A stretch of DNA of 64,000 nt. It comes from Heptranchias perlo. Taxonomy: Eukaryota. Numbering within the stretch: the stretch's first letter is position 1; each line of letters begins with the position of its first letter. Both the position numbers and the translations under genes were made by a program. Below, piece after piece: positions 49,597 through 61,775 of the stretch. The stretch lies in assembly GCF_035084215.1 (NCBI RefSeq), contig NC_090357.1:12152001-12216000 (forward strand), in the 5' to 3' direction. The notes below the pieces were generated by a model. That model was not told the DNA's origin and made no database searches. It was given only the letters and a program-made list of their open reading frames with translations.

Positions 49597-51482
49597 CCAA
49601 ACATCATTGAAAGAGGCAGAACTGGCAGGATGATGTCATCCACCCAAGCTCCCACCAGTCCTTCAGTGAACTCAGCACAGACCAATTTTAAAATCTGGGA
49701 CCACCCTGGTCTTTATTTACATGGTGCATTTAGCCACAGAGTCAATTTTGGTTGTTCTTAAAGTTGCACCTCAGTGTTGGATATCTGTGACATCCAGCAT
49801 GGCTCTGACGTACATGGAGGATCCCTGAGAGAGTTAGGCTGGTTTTGGTCATGGAATAGTGGAATTTGTTTTGATCAAATTTTTCTGCTGCAGAGGCTGC
49901 ATCTGTTTTCTTCAAAATTAGAAGTTTTTATAACTATTCTGCGTCACAGGGGAATAATGTTAGGTTGTGTTGACATTTGTGCTAGTGGGACTGTTCTTGG
50001 CTTGTGAAATAATTATAGATAAACAGATTACCTCAGTCAAGTTACCTACTTGTCTGACAACAATCTGTACAATGGAAAGGTTAGTGGAATGCAAACTTCT
50101 ACCCAAAGCATTTTAACACTTCTTAAGACTAACAGCTATGGAGATGTAAATGGTAAAAAAAAAATGTTAAAGCAAAAGTCTTTTTAATGTCAAAGCATGA
50201 GAACATAATGTTAATTATAGGACAATTTTCTCTGTTATTGTCAGAAAAGATAGGCCTGACTTTATTTGGCAGTAAATTGCACCCTCACAAGCTGAGGTCT
50301 CTAACTTCAAAAGAGTCATTGATTTTTTTTACTATTTCCTTTCAACAATTTTGTTTCCATTGAACAGTCTTGAATTGATCATTGATTTTTTCTCTTTCTA
50401 AAATCCACTATAAAACCAGTCCAAAGGCATAGCCTACACAGATTAAGGCATTTCAGTGCCAAAATATGAACGAGCAAAAGCAGTTCAGTAAGTACTCTTG
50501 TTTGCAAAAAATATGCATTTAGACCCATATCTGACCTTTGTTGTCGATATAATTATATTTATATAGAGTACAAACCAGTTAATGGAGCTGGTGATGCATG
50601 TTCATTAGGAATCAACAGTTATGTGGATAGCCCGTGTCAATTTGACATCCTGCAGCCAAAGTAAGCAGCAAGTGTTGAAGCTTTTTAATCACGTTGCCAA
50701 ACATTTGTGGTCAGTACAGTTAGACTTATTGGCTTTGCGTTTTTATTAATTTATAAAGGAAATCTTCAATCAAAAAATATGGGCAATAAATTACTTTAGC
50801 TGTCAGAAATTAACCCTAAAGCCCTGGTTTGACGTTAACATTTCTGCACTCAGTTATAGGCTGTATGTTGAAATTTTAATCAGTTTATTTGGGTCACTGT
50901 TGTGCGTCAGTAAGTATCCAATTAACTTTTAGACCCCATCAGAATTTGCTAGTAATTGAATTGCAGTAAGCTTTATTTTCAATTCTGAGGTTGCTGAACT
51001 TTAAAAAAATATATATTTTGTATTAAGTACAGTTGATCTTTATACTACTATCTTTGGGAGCTATGCAAACATTATGTTATCAAAACGAACCCCATTAGTT
51101 TTTAAATGGATTCTTGGATTATTAGGGAGCCATTCACAATATGCATTACATGAAATGGCATTCTGAAGGAGATTTGGATACTTTAGTTTTTATCATATTT
51201 TCAATTCTGTTTCTTATAACTTTCTTATCCTAGAATGGACTGTTTACTGCAGTAACAAAGTACTTTCAGTAGAAACATTTTAAGTCTGACGCTATGTCTG
51301 AAATTATATTACCAAAGGTTTCATTGGATGGCAGAGGCTTTGAAAATCATTATAGGTTTAACCATCTTCATTTTGAAATCAGAACGAAAGGGAGTGATAA
51401 CGTGGGACACAGCTCCATCTATTGCTGTAATCCATCTACAGAAAGTAAAAAAAGAACTTGGCATTTATATATTGCCTTATCA

Positions 51483-52169
51483 GGGGATCAATTTTGAAAT
51501 GGTGGCGGGTTGGCAGCGGGGGGTGGGGTGGGGGTGGTGGTGGTGGTGAAGGTACAAGTGGCAAACCCGAATTTAAAAAAAACTTACCGTTTCCGACACG
51601 ATCGCAATGTAATTGATGGTGATTAAAGTTCTTTCCGGGTTTCGCGCCCAGCAGCCCCTGATTGACAGGCTGGCTGCTGACAGGAGCTGCAACTCCAAGG
51701 TCGGGGGGTGGGGGTGAGAAAGAGAGAGAGCGAGACGTCATCCGGCGCTGGAACAGAAGATCGGGGTGGGGGGGAGACGGGAAGATCAGGGCGGGGGTGG
51801 GGGGGAGGGGGGAGGGGGGAGATCGAAGAGGGACATCAGTGAGGGGGAGATCTGAGAGGGACATCGGAGAGGGAGACATCGGACACCGGAGCAGGGTGGA
51901 AAGGTAGGTTTGTTTTGTTTTTTTAACTTTGTGCAATGGTTTTTATTTAATTTATTTTGTTTATTTTTGCCTGATCCGGCCCTTCATGCCTGGTTTCACC
52001 AGGTGTGAATCGGAAGCCGTGGGAAATCCACCCGGGTAAGTTTAAAATCGTTTTAACTACCCAATATGTCAGAAATAAGGTACCTTAAGAAACTCAATAA
52101 GGTACATTTGGTTGTTCAACTATCATCCCGCCCCCAATGCACCTGCAATTTAATTTTAAAATTGACCCC
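51483..52169. mobile_element. MITE, Harbinger-like
   Basis: TIRs GGGGATCAATTTTGAAAT / ATTTTAAAATTGACCCC. G-rich, CpG-rich interior. Confidence 0.75.
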
Positions 52170-52284
52170 TGGGTCTCTTAAAAAGGTCCTAAATCGCTTC
52201 AAGTGGAATGAAAACAGACATGTGCATTGAGTGTTTCTGTAGCCCAACCAGTCAGTCCAATATTAACTCACATCCTAAACTCCT

Positions 52285-52592
52285 CTGGTGGCTCATTGAG
52301 CTTATCTAAAATTGCTGAACCATACAGGCCATACAAGTCACAGATTCAACTCCACTCTGCTGAGTTAGTTGAAAAATTGGTCAGAGTTTCTGTTCCTGAT
52401 TGCTAACCAGTAGCCCCCTGCTGTAAGTATGCATGCATGGACATCAGATGAAGATAGAGGACAGAATCGGGTTCAGCTGTGCTGCTGCAGTCTGGCCTGC
52501 TGACGCTCACTGCCACATATCACACATAAATAAGGGCCATTTGGAAGAGAACACCTCGCACCTGTGGAACTGTACCCCAGCAAAGAGTTGAT
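52285..52592 (+). mobile_element. Ancient tRNA-derived SINE copy
   Basis: CCATACAGGCC...CTGCTGAGTTAG...TTCCTGATTGCTAACCAG...GAGGACAGAATCGGG...GTGGAACTGTACCCCAGCAA. Confidence 0.6.
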
Positions 52593-54155
52593 GGGGGCAG
52601 ATTTTCCTGTCCCTCACTGACGCTGCTCAGTTCAATAACACATTCAGAGATCTTAATAATCTGATCATGTTTTGTTGCCAGTGCTTCAGCAATACTGTTT
52701 TTATAATGTGAAATTTACTGCTGCTGTATTAGTATTGAGTTACTAGATTTCCTCAACACTGAGCCAATTATGTAGAACTACAGTTGGTTCAAGTTTGTCA
52801 TAGAATCTACATAACAATTTACATTTGAGTGCTTTCTAATTTTCTATCATTAAATTCAATTCATTATTGAACTTCGAACTGTTTTTAATGTTTAGGAAAA
52901 AGCATTAATCTACCACATATATTGATGTCATAATTTTAAACAAAGCTTTTTACTTGAACTGCTCATTTTTTATGCATGGCTCGCTCACAGAATATCAGCC
53001 TGTAAAATGTAATTGATTGCCCAAATGCAGATTTTGCTAATGGAAGTGTTAGCATCCATCCGAAAGTAGTTTTTGTAGCAGTAATGGTTTTCATATGTGT
53101 TTGTTTCGGATACCTCTCTGTAACCTTTCAAAACGTAATCAGGTTGCCATTATAACTGCTCCAGCAGCTAATCCTAGGGTACATTAAATTACACCAAAAC
53201 TGATATGTTATTCCAACAATTACATGCTATACTCATATGGCACTTAAACACTTTCAAATAGGTGGATGTTTTGTAGCAAAGAGTCTTAAATCACACTGGT
53301 AGTATAAAGGCTATTTCTCTTGTTTAAGGGACATGTTGACAGAATGCTGTCACTAGCATTGCTGGACTTGACTTTGTTGACAACTGTTTTGCTGTAAATT
53401 CCAAAATAGACTACATTTGAGAGGTGGATACACTAGGACTTGATGACTATGAGGAGGAGTCAGTTTTTAGAGCTTTATGAGATGTACATCCTATATCAAA
53501 TCACGGTGCACTGAATTGGTATTAACTGGAGGTCTAAATCTGTTGCTTTTTAATGTGTACATCATATCACACATTCTTGTTGCTTGTGTTTGAATATCTT
53601 CGACAATATATTGTTTTCATCTCTGATGCCAGCAGGGTATTTAGTGGAAGTTGATAAAAGCCAGGGTAGGAGTAGATACTTTCAGTACAAACTGTTCCTC
53701 AATCTATCTACATACATTTTTAAAAGGTTACATGCCTGCTGCATGGCTGGAAACATTTTTTGTTGAATTGATTTATTTTCCCTGTTTGGAGACCTGCCAT
53801 TTCATGGCTACGTTCATACACACCACCATCTTGATGGTGCACGATATGCCAGCGGTCTGAAGATACATTATGGATGATTTTTGTCACCGGACCGCCCCAT
53901 TTTTCAGCGTGAATTTGGAGGTAGCGGGACAAAAACTGGAATAAAAAATTGCCAACATGCTGCTGGAGGACTGCCCATTGTGATTTTGTAGTATGTCCTA
54001 ATTCAGACAGTTAGCACTCCTGTCGGAAACAGACAGGAATCTAATGAATATATTTAAATTAGAGACCAGTGGCACAATTGAACCCAGACTCCATTTTTGT
54101 GTGACTCAGCGCTGCCTATTGACAACTGGAAATAGCACGATAGAGTTGGTTGACC

Positions 54156-54601
54156 TTTGAGGAGAGATTGAGTAGAATGGGCCTATATTTTCTGGAGTTT
54201 AGAAGAATGAGAGGTGATCTCATGGAAACATACAAGATTCTGAGGGGGCTTGACAGGGTCGATGCTGAGAGGTTGTTTCCCCTGGCTGGAGAATCTACAA
54301 CTAGGGGAGTATAGTCTCAGGATAAGGGGTCAGCCATTTAAGACTGAGAAGAGGAGGAATTTCTTCACTTCGAGGGTTGAGAATCTTTGGAATCCTCTAC
54401 CCCAGAGGGCTGTGGATGTTGAGTCATTGAATATGTTCAAGGCTGAGATAGATAGATTTTTGGACTCTAGGGGAATCAAGGGATATGGGGATCGGGCAGG
54501 AAAGTGGAGTTGAGGTCGAAGATCAGCCATGATCTTATTGAATGGCGGAGCAGGCTCGAGGGGCCATATGGCCTACTCCTGCTATTATTTCTTATGTTCT
54601 T
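54156..54601 (+). mobile_element. CR1 3' fragment
   Basis: LEFRRMRGDLMETYKIL and FFTSRVENLWNPLP. The 3' end is TTTCTTATGTTCTT. Same subfamily as 20998-21320. Confidence 0.93.
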
Positions 54602-55104
54602 AGATCTTTGGGGTTCGTGTAGATTGCAGGCTTCCTCTAAGTCAAGGGCATCATTGCCATATAGGCTCTTGCAGAGGAGCTCATTGCCTTCATGAATTGC
54701 AAGGGATTGCGTTCCAGTAATGCACAACTGGTATGTGATCATCAGCAGCGCATCGTGCCCACTTTCTTGGTAGGTGCCATGATGCTTTTATGTTGCAGGC
54801 CCACTGCCTGCCCACTCGATGCATACCACACATGAAAATCAAGCCCTTACCTTTCTAAGCTAGATAGAAAGCGGAAGTACTTCATGCTGATAGAACTTGC
54901 TTTATTCTGTTTTAAGTGTAAGTTGAGTTGCAAAGCATGTGTAACCTATAGATATTTGTGTGTGAATGTGTGATTGAAAGAGTTTATTTAAATTTCTGTT
55001 TAGTTTTATTTGTGCAATGGATGATTGATCACTTATTAGTTGTTGATTAATATCATGCATATGTTTTCTAGTGCAGTGGCTGATTATATATTTTCTGCTT
55101 ACAG

Positions 55105-55289
55105 GTGGCTTGAGGTCCAGGTTGTTAACCTGACATGTACTCAACACTGGGTTGTGTACCTCAGGCTTTTACAGGAAGCTATCTGGCCTGGAGGAGCCTT
55201 ACCTAAATGGCCGAAGCCAGCCAGAACTCAAAAGCAGAAAGAACAGACCCAGGAACTGGCCTTCCAATGCCTAATGAAGATGCTGCCAG
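55105..55289 (+). CDS. SNX19: Sorting nexin 19, internal coding exon (C-terminal Nexin_C/PXC region)
   Basis: Acceptor TTTTCTGCTTACAG, donor GTTAGC, 185 nt, phase 2/1. It encodes (R)WLEVQVVNLTCTQHWVVYLRLLQEAIWPGGALPKWPKPARTQKQKEQTQELAFQCLMKMLP, which aligns without gaps to my recollection of human SNX19 RWLEVQVANLTSPQRWVQYLLLLRESIWPGGVLPKFPRPVRTQEQKLAAEKQALQSLMGVLP. Confidence 0.93.
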
Positions 55290-55969
55290 GTTAGCATATT
55301 TTTATTTTTAGTAACTGGAAGGGCTAAATTCAATTGTATCTCGCAGCAGGGAATGAATTTCCTTTACTTGACTAAAAGCAGGTAGATCTGCTTGACACGT
55401 GGCTTTCAAGGGGGAATAGTATGTTGTGAGGGAAATATTGGATATGTTCATTAAAGGGAAAACAAAGTCCAGGGGAATACTCATTGTTCAAGATACTCCT
55501 TGTAGAGTTTTCATCCCCTTTAAATTGTGTAAGTTTGAATAGTAGAAAATCATATTGTCCTTTAAGACAGTGAAACCACTCTCCAGGCCTTACAGGAGGA
55601 TTTGCTGAGCAATGAAAGATTAGCTAACAAGAAGTATTGAAGATAAAATTCAAAGGAGAAATACATAAAAGATAGGAAATAATTAAAGTTCAGGATGGTT
55701 TTACAAAAGCCATGGTTGCAAAACAGCATAAGTATTTAATCCTACCTCACTGTGACCTTTCTTGCCCTTTCATGTATTTTATGCCCTCCATATAGTGCTG
55801 CAAACAGCCAAATAAACATCAATGATGATAAATATTTGGCAATAAGTTCATGGTTAAATCCAGTTTAGCACTGCTACTGACAGTCACGAGCCACTGATAA
55901 TTTGTTATTTTTGAAGATCGCAAATATATTAATGGAAAAGTTGTATGTTAGTTTTTAAAAATTTTGTAG

Positions 55970-56534
55970 TGGTTAGACCGCACCTGAAGTACTGTGAGCA
56001 GTTCTGGACACCGCACCTTCGGAAGGACATATTGGCCTTGGAGGGAGTGCAGCGTAGGTTTACTAGAATGATACCTGGACTTCAAGGGTTAAGTTACGAG
56101 GAGAGATTGCACAAATTGGGGTTGTATTCTATAGAGTTTCGCAGGTTAAGGGGTGATCTGATCGAAGTTTATAAGATATTAAGGGGAACAGATAGGATGG
56201 ATAGAGAGAAACTATTTCCGCTGGTTGGGGATTTTAGGAGTAGGGGGCACAGTCTAAAAATTAGAGCCAGACCTTTCAGGAGTGAGATTAGAAAACATTT
56301 CTACACACGAAGGGTTGTAGAAGTTTGGAACTCTCTTCCGCAAACGGCAATTGATACTAGCTTAATTGCTAAATTTAAATCTGAGATAGATAGCTTTTTG
56401 GCAACCAGAGGTATTAAGGGATATGGGCCAAAGGCAGGTATATGGAGTTAGATCACAGATCAGTCATGATCTTATCAAATGGCGGAGCAGGCACGAGGGG
56501 CTGAATGGCCTACTCCTGTTCCTATGTTCCTATG
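55970..56534 (+). mobile_element. CR1 3' fragment, young, same subfamily as 37706-39199
   Basis: Uninterrupted ORF VRPHLKYCEQFW...FYTRRVVEVWNSLP...GIWS*. The tail is TGTTCCTATGTTCCTATG. Confidence 0.95.
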
Positions 56535-58062
56535 GTTGCTTACCATTCTGTAGGCTCATAAAATGAAATATGTTCATCATAATCATTATTGTCTAAGAAT
56601 GCCATAGAAAGCAATATATTATTAATCTGAGTATGACTTAATTTAATTACCCACTGGATTATTTTACATTGGTGAAGAGCTAAGGGCAAGGATTCATGCA
56701 TGTGAAATAATCCTTAATGATGATCAGCAACAATTAATTTGAAGAACGAGTTTTGCTCCCTGTTTAAATCAAATGATAATGAAGTGTATGATTAACTGTA
56801 ATATATTTTTGTTTGTCTTTTTATGAGTTAGCTAGGTTTGAATATTTTTGCTTAAGTAGATCATTGATAACCTCATAAAGGTAACTGGCTTGGGGAACTA
56901 CTGCTGCAGTGAGGGGTGGTGGGGGGGAAGAATTAGTCCTAGTAAAGATGCAGTCCATTAACCCAGAAAGCTTAAAAATTATCTCCCGCATGCTATAAGT
57001 TTAATAATCCGTGCAAGCTTCTAATAATGTCAAACTTCTTTCAGCACTCGTTAAGCAACAATATTTTTATAAAAGGAAAGAAAAAATAGAATTTTTTAAC
57101 ATTTTGAGTTTTTTATAAAAAGGAACTTAATGAACTCTGTATTTAAGGATGTGATTAAAGATGCTACTCAGATGTAACTGGTAATGGAGAATAGCAGCCA
57201 TTCTTTCACTCGTACAGAAGACAGTCATAACGAACATATCTGAAGCAGTTGTTAATTGCTATACTTTAATTCTCAGAGGAACATGAGCATGCTGTCTGCA
57301 ATATAAATTGAATAGGATAAATAAGTTAACTCTATCCTGTTTGGGGTCATGTATAGCCGTCGTACTCTGATCTTTAAAATGTTAATTGGTTATAAATTCT
57401 GTCACTGTTTGAAGTAATGTTCAAATTCTGGCTTGCTTCATCAACTCTGTACGTCACACTCCGCATCCCGTCTATAAAACAGCTGCCAAGATGCACTTTT
57501 ATGGTCAAATTCATATCTTTTCTCTGGTTTCCAAACTCTCCAGTTGTGTAAACCATTTACACTTTGGCATTGGGAGTATGCTTTGCCTCATTTAGTGGTA
57601 CAAAGACGTTTTCAATTAGACAAAACACTAGTTGAGTTCCGTGCACTGATTATCGTTTGTTTTGGAAGGTTTTCTTTTCTTAATCTGATAGACTAAATCA
57701 TTTATTTAAGAACACACAAAAGCATATGCTTTTGTGTTGTAACATTTTTAAAGTTATGGTTTATTTTTCAAGGTTTGAAATGTTGAAACTTAAAGGATTG
57801 TTCTCATGAATACCGGTCCTTACAGAATGCTCTTTGGCTAATAACCATGCTTACTTTTTGTTTTTCAGTAATGTCATATTATCTAGATGCCAATGTTGTT
57901 TGGCTCATAAATGATGCATTTTTGTTAGAAAAAGCAAAATAAAGAACTTACATTTATATAGTGCTTTTCAGATGCCAGCATTGGCTCAATGGTAGAACTC
58001 TTTATCTCTCTCACTTCTCTCTCCATCTCTCTCCCTTCCCCTCTCTTTCCCCCCCCCCTCCC

Positions 58063-59455
58063 CATAAGAACAGGAGTAGGCCATTCAGCCCCTCGAGCCT
58101 GTTCTGCTATTCAATTAGATCATGGCTGATCAGTATCTAAACTCCATCTACCTACCTTGGTTCCATAACCTTAATACCCTTGCCCAACAAAAATCAACCA
58201 ATCTCAGTTTTGAAATTTTCACTAGTCCTAGCCTCAACAGCTTTTTGGGGCAGAAAGTTCCAGATTTCCACCACCCTTTGTGTTATCACCCCTGAATGGC
58301 CAAGCTCTAATTTTAAGGTTATGCCCCTTTGTTCTGGACTCTCCCACCAGAGGAAATAGTTTCTCTCTATGTACCCTATCAAATCTTTTAATTATCTTAA
58401 ACACTTCAATTAGATCACCCCTTAATCTTCTATATTCAAGGGAATCCAAACCTAGTCTATGCAACCTGTTCTCATAATTTAACCCTTTTAGCTCCGGTAT
58501 AATTCTGGTGAACCTGTGCTGCACCCCGTCCAAGGCCAATATATCCTTCCTGAGGTGCGTTAGTCTGGAACTGAATGCAGTACTCCAGGTGGGGCCTAAC
58601 CAGAGTTCTATTCAGCTGTAACATAACTTCCACTCCTTTGTATTCCAGCCCCCTTGAGATTAGGGCCAGCATTCCATTAGCCTTTTAAATTATATTTTGT
58701 ACCTGGCCACTAGCTTTTAGTGATTTCCGTACTTGCACCCCTAAATCTCTCTGCTCATCCACAGTTCTAGCTTTTTGCCATTTAGAAAATACTCTGATCT
58801 ACCTTTCTTAGGTCCAAAGTGGATGACATCACACTTTCCTACATTGAACTCCATCTGCCACAGTTTTGCCCATTCATTTAATCTATCAATGTCCCTTTGC
58901 AACTTTTTGCTTCCATCTACACTGTTAACTGTGCCACCTAACTTAGTGTCATCAGCAAGCTTAGATATATGGCTCTCCATTCATCCAAGTCATTTATAAA
59001 TATAGTGAAAAGCTGTGGCCCCAGTACAGATCCCTAGGGGCCACCACTAGCCACAACCTGCCAATTTGAGTACAGACTCATTATCCCTACTCTCTGTCTC
59101 CTGCCTCTTAACAATTCCCTATCTAAGCTAATAGGTTGCAATTCCATACAATCTCATTTTTGTTAACAGTCTCTTATGTGGAGCCTTGTCAATGCCTTCT
59201 GGAAATCCATATAAATAACATCCATAGGCACTCCCTTATCTACCATGTTAGTTACCTCCTCAAAAAATTCAACTAGGTTTGTTAAACATGACTTACCCTT
59301 TACAAATCCGTGCTGGCTCTCTCTGATCAGCTCATATTTGTCCAAATGCTGAGTCACTCTGTCCCTAATAACAGATTCTAGTCACTTCCCCACAATTGAC
59401 GTTAGACTAATAGGCCTATAATTTCCGAGTTTATCTCTTTTACCCTTCTTAAATA
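58063..59455 (-). mobile_element. CR1 LINE, 5'-truncated and decayed
   Basis: SQHGFVKGKSCLTNL, YMDFQKA, LADDTK, LVRPHLEYCIQF and RVVEIWNFLP. Confidence 0.93.
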
Positions 59456-59488
59456 TCCTTCTCTCTCTCTCTTCCCTAATCTGTATTG

Positions 59489-59565
59489 ATGTAAGGAATC
59501 TTACAACACCAGGTTATAGTCCAACAAATTTATTTTAAAATAAATGTGGCACCTCCACATCATGG
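59489..59565 (+). mobile_element. Collapsed Penelope mini-element (subfamily B)
   Basis: Start of the inverted arm, a residual palindrome ATTTATTTTAAAATAAAT, and tail end CTCCACATCATGG. TSD CTAATCTGTATTG (59476-59488 / 59566-59578). Confidence 0.85.
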
Positions 59566-59594
59566 CTAATCTGTATTGGTGTGAAAATCTGGAG

Positions 59595-59830
59595 AAGTTG
59601 GCCGGTCTTTGACTTGTCCTTTGAGATCTTTTATGTCCACCTGAACAGGCAGAGGGGGCCTCAGTATAATGGCTCATTCAAGATATAGTACCTTCAACAA
59701 TGCAGCACTCTGTCAGTACTGCACTGAAGTGTTAGCATATATTATGTGCTCAAGTTCTGGAATGGAGCTTGAACCCATGATATTCTAACTCCAAGGCAAG
59801 AGTGCTACCACTAGATCAAACTGACACTGA
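59595..59830 (-). mobile_element. DeuSINE-like (SacSINE1-like) SINE, 5' half
   Basis: The minus strand reads AGTGGTAGCACTCTTGCC...GGGTTCAAGCTCCATTCCAGAACTTGAGCAC...CAGTGCAGTACTGA...CAGGTGGACATAAAAGATC. Confidence 0.7.
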
Positions 59831-60212
59831 GACTATATAGGTTGGTTTTTGAACAATCCAAACTATTTCCAATCTTCTAACGTTTTGTAGATATAATTTG
59901 TCTCAGTATCACTTGACTAAGTTGATATTTTGTTTGTCATTTAGACTCAATATTTCATAATGCGATGACTTCATCAGTTTTCACTGATTAATCCAAGTAA
60001 CTGTCTGTGAGGAGAGGGCTCTTGCTGCATTTTTAATTACTCCAATGGCCCAACCAAGCAACGATATTGACTGCGTCTGTGGAGACGGTTGTGAAATAGA
60101 TTTCTTATCTACTCCTGAGGGAAGGTGTCTTCTGCTTTTGGAGTTGTTATTGTTAAAAACTTTTTTTAAAGAAATTAAATATACGAACAAAAAACGAAAA
60201 AAAAATTGAATC

Positions 60213-60319
60213 TAAAACAAAAGCAGATTATGCTGGAAATACAGAGCCGGTCATTGAGCAGGCCCAGTCTTTTCTGTCCACAGATACTGACCGATCTGCA
60301 TTTTCTGGTTTTGTTTTTG
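60213..60319. mobile_element. Decayed tail-to-tail Penelope terminal remnant (family of 31688-32362)
   Basis: AAAACAAAAGCAG..ATGCTGGAAATAC at the left end and TCCACAGATACTG..GCATTTTCTGGTTTTGTTTTT at the right end. Confidence 0.5.
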
Positions 60320-61775
60320 ATATACTAACACTTTGTGAAAACTACTACAGTTAGTATACCAATGTATGTGCCTGACACTTAAAAATGTGTAGGTTACTGC
60401 TGCTAAGAATGAACTTGGTCCCATACTAACTGTCTTGTAGTCTCAGTGATGATTTAATAGTACAAGTAGTAAAATTTTGCTTCAGGTATCCACAAAATCC
60501 ATTGATGTGACTTATTTTCTTTTATGTGATGCCAAAGCAAATGTTTTTATGAAGCTCCTATTACTGGGCATGTTTGCCAAAATGTTCACCGCTGCAATAA
60601 CAAAATCTGTTTTCTGAAGTGATGTCTGCTTTTATTTCTCTGAACATTTGGCTATTAATTTGCCATGGTCGGCACTACATCAGAGCATTGACAAAGTCTG
60701 CATCTGATTAATGACAATTTTTGGTATTTGTCATTTTGAAAAACATTACTTTTATTATATACCCTTTCTTAGATTATTTTTATTTCCCCATCTGCAAAAA
60801 TAGTTGGACGAATATGCTTGGGCGCTGAGTGTTCTGCTGTATGAGGTGTGGGAGAATAGCATCTGTCTGCTGGTAAACAATCATGCTGCAAAATGCAGAA
60901 GAAAAATACAAGTCTTTGAAATAGCAAAAAAGTCCTGCAGAACCTTCACAGCTGATAATCTGTGAAATGTTATAAGTTAGTCTTAGAGTCAACAACACGA
61001 TTAACATGGGCCTGTCAAGTGTCTCACATTTTGAATGAAATTTTGATGCATCTTTCTCTTCGAAAGGGACACAGTTCACTTTATTTAAATGGGTTTGTAA
61101 TCTGCTGCATTCTTTTTGATCATCAAACCCTCATCTCTGGCCTTTCACTGATGTTAGCAGTTCTCGCTGGTCTGGCATGCTACTGTGTAAAAACAGCATC
61201 TGGTTTGCTAACACAAGAGTGTGCTGCAATTTTATTCTTCATTTTTATTGACTTGCTGCACAATTTACTGTCATGGTGTGCTGGTGACAACGGACTACCC
61301 CAGCAAAGAAGTGTGGGACCATTCCAGTGGTCATTACGATTAAAGACTTAACCAATTGGGACTGGGGATCTTTTCCTAATTGTAAAGTTTTATCCTCTCA
61401 TCATAAAACCTGATTTGGTGCATGCCTTCGCTAAGCAACTGAAAATATGAGTTTTAAATAGAACAAAGATTGTGGTTTTTCAATGATGCAAATTCTAACA
61501 TTAAAATCCATCCCCTTCACTATGACAGAATCTTAATCAACCTCACTGGCAATAAAAGTCACGTACACACTAAGACATAATTTTTTGCAATAACACTACA
61601 TATGTTTGAAATGTAGTAGAATGTTGCCCAGCACACTGGAGCATAAAGCCTGGGCACAGAACATTTTGTTGGTGACATTTTTGAGTTCATCACAGTTCCT
61701 AAAACTAAATAAAAAATCTAAATTTATTAACATGTCAGCTTAAGATTTCTTTTGATATCTGAATAGGAAATCTAT

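Noticed and set aside
51500-51900. G-quadruplex-like G tracts and Pro-rich or Gly-rich ORFs
   Set aside because: Low-complexity interior of a MITE. The ORFs are compositional artefacts.
53871-54846. Possible old MITE enclosing the CR1 at 54156
   Set aside because: The right end ATGAAAATCAAGCCC looks like a TIR, but the left match is too weak to support.
60773-60830. Possible next SNX19 exon after TTTCTTAG
   Set aside because: The in-phase translation DYFYFPICKNSWTNMLGR hits a stop and does not match DLVVEILG...QPLINR.
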